NCBI RefSeq assembly: GCF_009914755.1 | Contig: NC_060933.1 | Strand: one strand, 5' to 3' | DNA from: the human T2T-CHM13v2.0 reference genome, Homo sapiens | DNA length: 64,000 bases | In this document: positions 26,995-39,475 of the stretch, piece by piece | Layout of the letters: each line of letters starts with the position of its first letter | How positions within the stretch are numbered: the stretch's first letter is position 1 | Translations under genes and position numbers: made by a program | Notes under the pieces: model-generated | The model's database searches: none | What the model saw: the letters and a program-made list of their open reading frames with translations, nothing else | What the model was told of the DNA's origin: nothing

Positions 26995-27064
26995 TATTCC
27001 AATGATGCAAGTGTGTCGTGAACTAAGGATTATGATTAATCCAGTTTTGTAGCTAGAGGGATTT
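26995..27064 (+). ncRNA. SNORD112-like C/D-box snoRNA relic (probably non-functional)
   Basis: CCAATGATG..AGTGT..TGAACTAAGGATTATGATTAATCCAGTTTTG..CTAGAGG resembles the recalled SNORD112 sequence (CCAATGATGAGACAGTGTTTATGAACAAAAGATCATGATTAATCCAGTTCTG..CTGAGG); C and D boxes are degenerate. Confidence 0.65.
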
Positions 27065-27519
27065 TAGGGAAAAATAAATAAAGAAGGAACATGACTTCTC
27101 CAGGTAGATTGTTTCAAAAGTACAGATATCTCTATAAAAGAAATTCTGCTTCCAACTTTTTAGAATGATGATTACAAAGATTTTTAGAAGGCTATCATCC
27201 ACATAAAGGCAAACCAAATACTACAATAGCACCATGAAAGAACGATTAACATATGATCATATAAACTACATTTTAAAAAATATGGAAGAGGGTACTACTC
27301 ACATTCGAAAGAGTCCAATTTTAAATTTTCTAAATGGTACCATAGTTTATTTAAACCCAAATTGCATGTGTAAAACTTTAATTTGCCCAAAATCTCCAGG
27401 GTATTCAATTTAAGAATAATTCTATGGGACATTCAAATGTAACATGGAAAAGAGGGGTCACCAAACTAATAAGGAAGGGAAACTCTGAAGGCTGAATAAA
27501 ATTATTTTAGTTTCTTCTT

Positions 27520-27680
27520 TCCAGCAGGGCTTCTCTGAGCTCCTCATATGCTAATGTGCACTGTGATCACCAAGAGGGGGACTGTAGTGTTTCCCAAAGG
27601 TACTTGACCACATAACTCTTTTTTTACTGAGCATCTAGAAAACCAACATCCTACCTACAAAGTACACATAGAAAGTGCTG
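27520..27680. mobile_element. Charlie4-like hAT fragment
   Basis: CTTCTCTGAGC..ATATGCTAATGTGCACTGTGA..CCAAGAGGGGGA..GTGTTTCCCAAAG..TTGACCAC. Confidence 0.65.
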
Positions 27681-28429
27681 TTTCATAACAAAAAAAAAAA
27701 AACAGCAACAACAACAAAGTAAGTTTACAAGACCAATAAAGGGAAGCCTAACAAATTAGACATAAAACAAAAGAAAACAAAAGACAGCAAATTACTTTGC
27801 CAGGAAATCTTCTTTTATGGCTCTTTGCTGTCTCCACGATTACTTGGTCCTCAGCCATCACCAACAAGGCTTGTGCACAAGGAAGGCGTTCGTTTACAGC
27901 GAACTCCTACTGGGTACATTTTTGGAAGTAGCACCCCATCTGTTTGAAAACTTTGAAGAATATTTATTTGCTCAATTCCCTACCAGATGATTTCGACAAA
28001 AAACTGTGTATAATTCACAAAATAATAACGGGAAAAGAGTTTTTCTTTCTTGAAGACATTGATTGGTACTCTAGTCTGTCTGTCAGGTGGTCAACAGCAT
28101 CCATTAAACATTTATTTAGAATGCCTGAGAGGGCTGTTAGGATATTCCAAGAAAAATCAGACTCTGCACTTTTAGCCATTATATTTCTGTATCACTAACA
28201 GCAAATATATCTGTCAGTCATTACTAGTAAATTCTGCTAGGTTTAGGGGATGGAGACAGGTGTACAATGTGGGATTACAAGCTAGTCAGTAAGATAAGAA
28301 ATGCAAATTTTTAAAATTATTACAAGACGATGATTGGTATACACAATAAAGATGGTAGGACATTATAGAATAGGAAAATTCCTGAAGCCAGAAGCTGCTG
28401 AGGATAGACTCTTGAAAGAAGTAAGACAT

Positions 28430-29296
28430 CCTAGGCTATGTGCCAAGGGAGAGATGATGGCAATTCAACCAGAAGAGAAGAAATAAAGGTGCTCCAGTTA
28501 GCTAGAAGGGCATGACAAACATACAGGCAGGAAGGAACACAGATGGCACCAGACAACCAATCTGAGCCAAAGAATCCGGGCATGAACACTGAGCCTACAC
28601 TCTCCCCCAGGAGCCATATAAGAAGTGGAAGTTTAGAAGGTGGCAGGAAGGTATGATTCCAGACCAGGAGCTGTTGCAGGGGCATCCTGGCATGGCAGCC
28701 ACCTCCTTGATGGCAGATGTGGCAGCACTTTGGGTAATCTGGTTCTGGGGTGTGGGTTTGGAGTCTGATATGGTTTGGCTCTATGTCCCCACACAAATGT
28801 GATTTGAATTGTAATCCCCACGTGTTGGAGGAGGGGTCTGGTGAAAGGTGATTGAATCATGGGGGCAGACTTTCCCCTTGCTGTTCTCGTGACAGTGAAT
28901 GAGTTCTCACAAGATCTGGTTGTTTTTAAATTGTGTAGCGCTTCCCCCTTTGCTCTTTTCCTCCTACTCTGCCATGTGAAGGTATTTGCTTCCCCTTTGC
29001 CCTTCTGCCATGACTGTAAGTTTCCTGAGGCCTTCCCAACCAGGCTTCCTGTAGAGCCTGCAGAATTGTGAGTCAATTCAACCTCTTCTCTTCATAAATT
29101 ACTCAGTCTCAGGTAGTTCTTTATAGCAGTGTGAGAATGAACTAAAACAGAGTCATTCCTAGAGCTCAGCTCAGGATCTACATTTTCCACCCCGCCAGTG
29201 AGATGGCCAGCTATCTACACCACTGATTAAATCCTTGTGTGCTTAAATGAGCTATTGTGGATTATAACGTCTGAAACTAAAACCTTATCTGATACA
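28430..29296 (+). mobile_element. Old ERVL (LTR33-like) LTR, interrupted by MSTA
   Basis: 3' end TTAAATCCTTGTGTGCTTAAATGAGCTA..GTGGATT..AACTAAAACC..CTGATACA typical of ancient ERVL LTRs. Confidence 0.5.
28766..29149 (+). mobile_element. MSTA MaLR solo LTR
   Basis: TGATATGGTTTGGCTC..CAGTCTCAGGTAGTTCTTTATAGCAGTGTGAGAATGAACTAAAACA; exact TSD GAGTC at 28761-28765 and 29150-29154. Confidence 0.93.
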
Positions 29297-29334
29297 AATG
29301 TAACTTGTGGCACCATGGACAGTGAGAGGATATG

Positions 29335-29601
29335 GCACTTTGAGAGACCAAGATGGGAGTTATCGCTTGAGACCAGGAGTTTGAGACCAGCCTGCGCAAC
29401 ATACTGGGACCCCATCACTACAAAAAATTAGAAAAATTAGCTGGGCATGGTGGTATGCACCTGTAGTCCTAGCTACCCAAGAGACTGAGGTGGGAGGATC
29501 ACTTGAGCCCAAGAAGTTGAGACTGCAGTGTGCTGTGATCATATCACTGCACTCCAGCCTGGGTGACAGAGCAAGATCTTATCTCAAAAATAAAATAAAA
29601 A
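29335..29601 (+). mobile_element. AluJ, 5'-truncated
   Basis: Begins GCACTTTG; J-type right arm GGGAGGATCACTTGAGCCCA; A-tail. Confidence 0.92.
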
Positions 29602-30102
29602 TGTGTTGGCTATAAGGAATCCAAGGGCATGTTCTGAGCCTGTACTCTTCCTCAAGGGCCATGAGAAAAGTGTTTCAAGAAAAGCTTCTGATTCTAAGGA
29701 TATATACATAATAGGCCTTCTGAGTCACTAAAGAGAATTTGCTCAATTCTTCTCACTGAGAGAGGAAATTTATGATAAAAATTTCAGAGCTTAAGGATAG
29801 GTGTTTATTCCTTAAAAGAATACATTTAAAGGCCAACTTAATAATCAGTGCAAACCTTTCCTCTGACATCCTTTATCAATCTCTTTAAAGAGTTTATTCA
29901 GACCAAGTGTTCATTATGTGTTTCCACACTAGCCATAAGGGGATCTTATGGAAGTCTGGGGCACACATTTGAGCATGTTTCTAAATAATATTCCTTGCCA
30001 ATATATAGAATACAACATATGTACTAGAATTTTTTCTAAGTTATCAAATTCCCCCATTAATTAAGGGGAAATGTGGCAAGAGCCGGGGAAGACAGATTGT
30101 GA

Positions 30103-30519
<417 letters not shown>

Positions 30520-31674
30520 TGATGCCAGCTTAGGCAATATTATCCGCATCCTAGTAAAATCAAAGAAGTTGTAAAAGGAAACAATATAGAGAAACACTCC
30601 ATCTTATAGACATATCAGTCTAGAGAGACACACAGTGTGATAGTCAAAAAGGAAAACATAATAGAAAGTCCACTTCTGTGGATATTAAATAAAAACATGT
30701 CAATGCCTTAGCTTCCATGTGTACTGGAGGTCTATCGTAATTCTGTCCCAAAGGCCTCGGCCAGAGAAACAAATATTGATGATAGCTCTATCTGGGCCTT
30801 TCACTAATAAATTCTCTTAGAGACAACACCAGACAGATGAACCCAAATCAAAATTCCACACCAGAGGGGCTGGGAAAGCCCATACAGACAACAAACCTGA
30901 GTTACGCTCATTTCATTGGCTCCCTGGTGTGTAGAATTCCATGTACTTACAGTTAATAATTCTGATGTTGAAATGCCCTTCAGTAATTTGATGTGGAAAA
31001 TCAGCTGGTTTGCCTTCAACACGAGCATCCATCTCATTAGACCTCAGAGTAATTCGTAAATAATTCAGCAAGCACATGACTGATTTTCCAGTCCCTTTTT
31101 GATCTTAAGGAGATGAGAGATCTATAAACAGTGCATCGTTCTTTCCTGCTGCATAGCACTTAATTAAATTAAGTGATTTCATTAAAACTGAGAAAAATGA
31201 TTTGCAAGTATTTAAGTTCTTCTGGTCATTAAATTCTGAACAAGAGACACATCATGTCTCACATCTAAAGCTGGCTTTCCTGTCAAGCCCCTTGGGTTTC
31301 TGGTACAACCTGCACTGATTCCCCACTTCAGGGACAGAGAGAAATTACCTTCTGGAATCACTAAGTGTTTGTTTCCAGGATTCCCATGACCCAGACATGA
31401 CTCAGGTCAACCAGAGAAGGGCAAAGAAGGAACAGGTTAGTATGAAGCAGTAGAAAGAATGTTAGGCAAAACATCTGAAGACCCAACTTTCAACTCCATT
31501 CAGTCACTAATGTACTGTGTCATTCACATACATATATGCACACACATGAAGACTGCTTATCTGTAAAAATTAGGTGAACCTAACAAAGAGAATTCGAAAT
31601 TCTCTTCCAGGTCAATGATTCTTAAAAACCTTCAAAAAAATTTAAGGAAAAAAAAGAGCTATTTTACAGGATTC

Positions 31675-31798
31675 TAATATATTAATGTATATGTTGTATA
31701 TCATACATCATATACATTATGTATCTATATACATATACTATGTATATATAATACATCTACTATGATGTATCATTAATATGTAATATAATATATTAATG
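31675..31798. repeat. AT-rich low-complexity tract bounded by a 13-bp direct repeat
   Basis: TAATATATTAATG at 31675-31687 and 31786-31798. Confidence 0.7.
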
Positions 31799-32204
31799 AA
31801 CAATCCTGCAGCAGAGAATTAATACCTCCTTGCTCAAGAACATATTTATTTATGTTGATCAACATTGAATAATATCCTATGAATATATTCACTGAATTCC
31901 ACTCAGAGGCACAATTTTGAAATTTGAGATCATTGGAGCTATAAAAACCTACTTTGCCTACTCATGATGCTGAGACGTCACCAAGGATGACTGTCACCAA
32001 GCATCTCTTCCAAGCTGTCCACATTACAATCACCTAGGACTTGACCACCAGGGCCTCCATAGCCCCTTGGAAGATACATTTGGTAGCCAGCAGGCAGCAA
32101 AGCAAGATGTACTTTCCCAGAGATGGCACTCTAGGTGGCCTGTCATTCAAATAGCCAAGCTCTTCCCCAGCCCATCACATCAGTTTATGTATTTAGTTTA
32201 TATC

Positions 32205-32438
32205 TTTAAAATGACAGGAGGTCACCATAAACAAAAATGAACTTAAGATAGATCAAAGATTTCAATGTAAGACCACAAACTATAAAAATCCTAGAAGAAA
32301 ACTTAGGAAATACATTTCTCAACATAAGCCTGGACCAAGATTTATGGCTAAGTCCTCACAAGCAATTGCAACAAAAACAAAAATTGACAAGGGGGACCTA
32401 ATTAAATTAAACAGCTTTTTCATTACAAAAGAAACTAT
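32205..32438 (+). mobile_element. L1PA16/L1PB-like ORF2 fragment; local duplicate of 34761-35007
   Basis: TTTAAAATGACAGGAGGT leader, then AATGTAAGACC..AAACTATAAAAATCCTAGAAGAAAA..AAAAGAAACTAT. Confidence 0.88.
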
Positions 32439-34697
32439 GAGCCTGGTTCCACTGGCCCATAACTTTATTTCTAAGCCATGAAAATGTGTAACATAATGGG
32501 GCTTATTCTGTTCCTTTCCATAAGGGAACATTAGTTAATGTTTCAATTCAAATGTGCACACACACACACATATACCCCACTAAGTCCTTTGATAGCAATG
32601 ACTGAATATTCAACTCTACACCTCAGTTTAATAACATGAAAAATTAAACTCCTGCATTAACAGTGACATCTGGAATCAACATGAAGCCATAAACTGATTA
32701 TGAATATTCTCCCATGAACTGCTGTAAGCATGTTTTGTCTAAGCATTTAGTTAGCAAGGATTCTTGTAATACTGCTTGTATGGCAAATAGCATTATTTCC
32801 CATGTAACCCCTGCCATTCATCTCACTTGACATGCTATTTGTTTTCAGCAGAGCAAGGAAGAGAATATTAATGGTGTCACCCAAGTTATCATTATCAAGA
32901 AGTAAAATTTATGCCAGTAGTCACAAACCTGTGTGGGAAAAATACCACTAGCAATAGATTATAAAAGGCCACTGAAAAGCCACCTTCCAAAGTGAATCAG
33001 GCAGGCTTTGTTAAAAGCATTTCTCATATTTCTCCTGTTCCTGAAAACCAAGAGTTTACCACCTCTCTTCCCTCCCCCAAAAAACAGCCTATCTCACAGA
33101 ATAAGAAAGAGCTTAAGACTTTCTTATTACATTTCTCTCTACTTGTGGGAAATTTTATTTTAATATGAACCACTTTTTCCTCATCTTAGATATCTGCTAA
33201 AAAGTCTTCTGAAGCCATAGATGGGATGAAATAACAGATCTCCAAGATACTGCTAGAGTTAGTGAACTTCAAATGCTATAATAGTAACAGATTTAATATA
33301 ACAAATGTTAACTAAGTACTGAAAAAGTGCCAGCCCTAGCCAGTTCCTGGGGATGCAGACATGCTAGGAGAGCCCTTATAAGCCTGGAGAGGAAGAAAGA
33401 GATTTAACCAAATATTACCCTGTGGAACATGCAACAGTGAAAATGTGAACTAGCACAGAGGAGAGAATAATGAAGAGGCTTAGGAAAATTTGAGAAGATG
33501 TCCCAGGGTTAACTACATATCAGAAGGCTTTAGAAGATGAATAGGCTTGGGATTTTGGTACGAGGGGTAGACTCAAGGATCCAACAACCCAAAATAATAA
33601 AATTTTTCCAAAGTATCTTTAATCAGAACCTTATCATAAGTTAACTGTTCATCACAGTGATGTTAAGCCTGGCTCAAAATAAATTTTCATTCAATTTCCA
33701 AGCAAGAACAATAAAGACTACACGTTTACCAATTTTGGGTTACGGCTACAATAGAAATAGACCCCCCAAGCTTTTAACTCCTACAGTTTTTCCTATTTGC
33801 ACCTATTATGGATCACATCTGGATACATCAACATATATACTCCTTTGGCCTCCTTTTCAAAAAAAAATTACTTAACCAGTAATGCTTGTCTGCAATCCTA
33901 TTACGGCTATGTAATTTATATACAACTAAATAGTTGTCATGGAGGATGCACAACATCTGAGTGATATGCTTCCTTTCAAACTTGGTTCCTCAGAGGTAAT
34001 GCGCTAATGCACAAAAAGGAAGGACAAAAATATAAGCATTTTATTCAAAGCCCCTTTATAACATTGCACTCTGCATTTTGTCCTGAGATAACATGTGAAT
34101 CTCACACAGTTCCATTGATTTAGCCATCTTTAAATGCAAATTTAGTCATGAAACTCGAGTGAAAATTGATCAACAGTGAAAGGAAGCACCCAACTACTTA
34201 AAACTATGGATTAGGACAGGTGGGATTACAAAAGATGAAGTCATAAACAGAATGCCTACAATATAGAAAAGGGGACCCCGTTTTAAAAAATCAGATGCCA
34301 ATACTTCCACTTTCCTAATATTTGAATTATTCTCCTCACTTTATTTCACACTCAAAATTCACTTTCTCCACAAAGACCTCCGTGGCTAATCACAAGTTTA
34401 CCCACTCAATGGTGAGGTTTTTAAGGGCAGGGACCTTGTCTCATTCATTGACAAATCTCCTTCCAAGTTCCCAGGCCTAACTGGGACCATCAACACCGCC
34501 CCATTAAATGTTGACTGATTAATTAAAGAGCATGAATGATAAATGACTTTAGACATTGTCCACATTAAATAATGAAGAAAACATGACAAGGAAAATGGGG
34601 GAAATAAATTAAGTAGGCTACCAGAGGCTGAGTTGATTGTCAAGTCATCAGAATGTCTCCCATTTTCCCCTCAGCTGGAGCTTAGCCCCCTATACCT

Positions 34698-34760
34698 TTG
34701 TGTGTGTGTGTGTGTGTGTGTGCTCGCGTGTGCACACCTACACACGTGTGTATGTGTGTG
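34698..34760. repeat. (TG)n microsatellite, interrupted
   Basis: TG run followed by CTCGCGTGTGCACAC..GTGTG. Confidence 0.9.
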
Positions 34761-35427
34761 TTTAAAATGACAGGAGGTATCTTTTTACCATATACAAAAG
34801 TGAATTCAATATGGATTAAATATTTCAATGTAAGACCTCAAACTATAAAAATCCTAGAAGAAAATCTAGGAAATACATTTCTTGACATCAGCCTTGGTAA
34901 AGATCAAAGATTTATGGCTACATCTTTAAAAGCAATTGCAACACAAGCAAAATTGACAAGTGGGACCTAATTAAACTAAAGAGCTTTTTCACAGCAAAAG
35001 AAACTATCAACAGAGTAAACAGACAACCTACAGAGTGGAAGAAAATATTCTCAAACTATGCATCTGACAAAGACCTAATATCTGGAATCTATAAGGAACT
35101 TAAACAATTCAACAAGCAAAAAACAAACAACCCCATTAAAAAATGAATGAAGGACATGAACTGACACTTTTCAAAACACAACATAGAAGCAACCGACAAA
35201 CATGTGAAAAAATGCTCAACATCACTAATTATCAGAGAAATGCAAATAAAAACCACAATGAGGATACCATCTCACACCAGTCAGATGGCTATTATTAAAA
35301 AATCAAAAAATAACAGATGCTAGCAAGGCTGTAGAGTAAAGGGAATGCTTATACACTGCTGGTGGGAATCCAAATTAGTTCAGCCATTGTGGAAAGCAGT
35401 TCAAAGATTTCTCAAAGAACTTAAAAC
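34761..35427 (+). mobile_element. L1PA16/L1PB-like ORF2 3' fragment, no poly-A tail
   Basis: AAAATTGACAAGTGGGACCTAATTAAACTAAAGAGC..AGAGAAATGCAAATAAAAACCACAATGAG..TTTCTCAAAGAACTTAAAAC, then an abrupt end. Confidence 0.92.
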
Positions 35428-35989
35428 GTTTAAGATTATTCTTTTTGAATCAAACCTCAAATATCTGTAGAAAAAATCACGTTTAATAGCTGTTATTCCC
35501 TGCCATTATCATCAGAGTAGGTAATTCACTAAGCAAAATCTCAATCAATATGGCAACCAGTATGATAAACACAGAGAAATGAAGGACCTATGACTTTTGT
35601 TCAGCCTCGAAGGTCACACACACTCAGTAGGCCAGGTCACTGAGATTTCAAACACAAGAGGGCAACCAAGTTTTATTCTAATCCTAATAAATGTGATGTG
35701 TGTTTCCTGCCCTAGAGAACTTCAATTCCCCCAACTTTAATATACACTGGCGCCCAGCCCCTCTTTTCTGTTCTATCACCTTGCTTTTTATCTGCTAGTT
35801 GTGCCTTCCCCCAGTCATTACAGGCACTTTCCCATGGCTTGCTCATCTCAGAAACAGAACTACAAATCTGTCAAAAGCCCTAGACCATTAGCAAAAGAGT
35901 CCATTCAAAGATGGACACCCCTGGGGACGGTTGCAATGGAAAAACAAACAGGCATTTTTCTAACTTCCTTTTGTAGTCCTACATTCTTT

Positions 35990-36286
35990 CTTTTTAAAAA
36001 TTTTTTATTTTTGGGTACAGAGTCTTGCTTTATTACCCAGGGTGGAGTGCAATGGCACTTTCAGCTCATTGAAACCTCTGCCTTCCTGGTTCAAGTGATT
36101 CTCATGCCTTAGCCTCCTGAGTAGTTGGGATTACAGGCGCCCACCACCACACCCGGCAAATTTTTTGTATTTTTAGTAGAGACAGGATTTCGCCAAGGAT
36201 GGTTTTGAACTCATGACTTCAAGTGATCTGCCCACCTCGGCCTCCCAAAGTGCTGGGATTACAGACATGAGCCATGGTGCCCAGCC
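35990..36286 (-). mobile_element. AluS SINE
   Basis: Full dimer; 18-bp TSD TGTAGTCCTACATTCTTT / TGTAGTTCTACATTCTTT. Confidence 0.95.
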
Positions 36287-36467
36287 TGTAGTTCTACATT
36301 CTTTAATGGAATTAACTTTTAATCTATTTGGCACAAAAAAGATTTGTAGGAAACTTGGATACTAGAAAAACAGAATACTTTAGGGGGAAAATTGCCTTTA
36401 ATGAGCTTTCTATAATATACAGACTGATAGATTAAATAGCTTATAAAAAATCCAGTTTTTTACTCTC

Positions 36468-36530
<63 letters not shown>
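36468..36530. repeat. (TC)n(AC)n compound microsatellite
   Basis: Read directly from the sequence. Confidence 0.97.
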
Positions 36531-36531
<1 letters not shown>

Positions 36532-36611
36532 ATTCCTTGTCAGTGCCAATAGCAGCCATTTAGAAAGCTAACATAACAAGTGAAAATGTAAGGAAAATCA
36601 AATATTTTAAT

Positions 36612-36860
36612 CCAGCCAATCCCAAAATATGTCCTGAGCTCAAGGTTTCATAAGATGCTTCATTTTTTAAACTTCTATGGTCAAATGACTTTGACAACCA
36701 CCACATTTATATTTCACTCTAGGATAATCACAATAAATATTAGCCTATTGAAGTCTCTGTGAAGTCCTGCAGTTGTTGTGGTTAATGAGTTTATTTAACC
36801 CTGAGTCTCCCATAAAAATCTCTTTTTCTGTGTAATACCTAGAACACTTCCAGAAATGCA
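36612..36860. mobile_element. Charlie4a-like hAT element
   Basis: TCCCAAAATATGTCC..CTATGGTCAAAT..CACAATAAATATTAGC..GAAGTCCTGCAG..TTTAACCC. Confidence 0.65.
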
Positions 36861-39156
36861 ATTTCACCCACTCTGCCTCCTCTTAGCTACCTCAACTACG
36901 ACATTTGAGTATCAGAACTTGAGATAAAAGGAAAACTCAGTAATTCGTTTTCTGTTCCACTATGGGTGTGTAAGAAGGAAGGGTTGCAATAATAAATTGA
37001 GCCCTGATCAAGAAAAGATCATAAATGTGTTTGAGACAATATAAAAACAGTGCTTGCCGAGTTTTCTTACTCCGTGGGTGCTTAATGTTCTCTGTCAGGG
37101 ACCTGGAGACACAGAGCACACTGGAGAGCCTCCTCCAGCACATACCTGAGCCTTGCTGTGCCCTACCTGAGTAATGAATCCTCAGGACACAGGCAGGCCA
37201 CAAGCCTTTCGACCACCTGGGAGAGAGATGCCACATGCCCAGGGGTCAGCATAGGGCACTTCAAGTCTGTGATGAGCCATCCAGAGTCACTTGTCTGGAA
37301 GATTCTGCCACATCAGCAACTCCACAGGTTTTGGTGACCCTGTCCTTCCACAAAAATCCTCACAGGGCCAGCACGATGGAAAAAGGGAAGGTTAGCCAGG
37401 AAAACCACCTCGGATGCCTCCTGACCTGACCTCTGGTAGGAAAGGGATTATGTTACACTCAGTCAGGAAATGGTATCTTGAGCTCTCTTCTATTTAACTG
37501 GGCATAGTTGCCTGGAAAAGTTGTCCTACTCAAAGCGTATTACAGTGATATGCATTTGCAGCACCAAATTCAGGATAGCAAGTAACCCTGGGGAGGAGAA
37601 AACAAGAAATGAGAAGAGACAGGCGTCCACAGGGGGCTGTTGATGGTGTTTGTTAATGGACTCCTTCCCAAGCCAGATGGCAGTTCATGGTGTTTGTTGT
37701 TATCTACTCTTGTATTTATTTGTAAAATATACAATCTAATTTTGAATGTTAAAATGTGTGTGCAACACACCCTGGGCCCCCAAGGGAAAAAGTCCCATAG
37801 ACACTAAGAGTGAATCAGGACCTTCTGTCATGCCATAGGTCATTCCAGGACACTTCAGCCCTACATTCATTAATGTCCTAACAGAGGATGATTTGATGAA
37901 AGCCTCTTTCCACTAGAACCTAAAACTGATAGAGTTGACAGCATTAAGATTAAACTACACCACGAGGCCTGGCTGATGCAGAAGTGCTGCATGGAGATGA
38001 CAATAAGGCACGTCCATTAAGAAATCTCATTCATAACAAAAACATTATGAGCTATTTTTAAAAAGAAAACCGTCTTATTGGGCTAAAAATGTGGCACGAG
38101 TTTGGGGAATTTTTTTTACCCCAAAACTGGCCCCAAATGTACTGCATCACCACCACCCAGGATGGTCGCAGCACAGAATGGAAGGCTTCCTTCCCACCTG
38201 CACCTCCTTTCCGCCCGTGCTCCCCTGGGGCCGGGGCAGGCAGGAGGAACGGGGGAGCAGGACTGCAGCCCCTTTTCTCTTAGTGGCTACTGTTCATCCA
38301 CCTAACCCTGTCTGGCCACCGGGGCCTCTGGGGGGCAGGTGCCCCAACTCTCAGCATTAATGCAGTCCTTGAAGGGTTCTGCCAGAGTCTCCTCTCCACT
38401 CAGTTCCAGCTGTGTCCACCTCGACCCAGTTCCTCAGCCTCCACCACTCACAATTTGCATGGGTCTCCTGGCCTCACCAGCAGCCTTCTGGTGGGGTGGC
38501 AACAATGCACTCAAGTTCAGCAACCTTCAGAGTCACTGTATGGGTTGATGGAAAATTCGTCAAGCTCGTCCTCATAGCTCTCCCCTCTTCACCATCTCCC
38601 ATTCCCTTCTCCTCTACTCAGGGAGCAGAGAAGTGGGGCAGCAAGTCCAGGGGCCGAGACATTCTCCAGGAAAATGAAATACCAGTCGCCACTCTTGCAG
38701 ATGCCTCCAGCTTTACAAATGATCCTTCTAGAATCCCTCCCTTGACTTTGGGGAGGAGAAGCACCCACTGCCTCTCCCTGTGTCTGTGAACACTCCCCTC
38801 CCCAAAAAGCCTCTGACCTCACACACAAAACCCACACACATACCTTCTTTCCATCATCTCCTTACAGTCCCAGGAGTTGGAAGGGAGGAGGGAGCACTGG
38901 GGGCTATGTTGGTGGCAGGGCCCCTTTTCTAAACTGACACTTTTCAGTAAGACCTGCAGGGAGGTGGCTGGCCCCCTCCACCAGAACTTCCTCAAGTTTA
39001 GGAAATGAGGAGCTCAATATCTTTTATCCTCAGCTTTGTTCTCCAGATTCAGGTGCAGGAAAACAAGGCAGAATCTCACTTGCAAATTGTCATACAGAGA
39101 AATAGGTGATCTGTGCATTCCTGTAGTCCCTGCCATCCTTTACTCTCCAGCTAACC

Positions 39157-39475
39157 TGGCGCTTCCCAAAATGTCTTCCACGAAACACTGGCTCCACTGA
39201 AACCTTACAGTTGATACCTATGAAGAGGGCCCCAGTGGCCAGATACTTTTGGGAAGCTCCGAGTTAAAAACATAGTTAAGCAGTTGATAGCTAAATAGGT
39301 GGTTTTGTTTGTTTGTTTTAACTTCAGGACTTCTCAGAGCCTTTAAGATGTAAACGTGACTTGTGAGTTTCCAAGACAGGGATATGACAGGCAGCAGTTC
39401 TCAAACTTATTGCTCACAGAACCCCCATAAACATCTCAAGGATCAGATCGCATAGATCAGACTTGGGAAAGGCAG
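39157..39475. mobile_element. Charlie4a-like hAT element
   Basis: GCGCTTCCCAAAATGTCTTCCACGAAACACTGG..CAGGACTTCTCAGAGCCTTTAA..CTCAAACTTATT..TTGGGAAAGGC. Confidence 0.7.

Noticed and set aside
27566-27585. CTCF-like motif CCAAGAGGGGGAC
   Set aside because: Partial match only, and it sits inside a Charlie4-like repeat.
38360-38490. Faint SCAN-domain-like words on the minus strand (RPETH-like, WV, SGEE)
   Set aside because: Needs several frameshifts and lacks the ILELLVLEQFL core; not supportable without a profile search.
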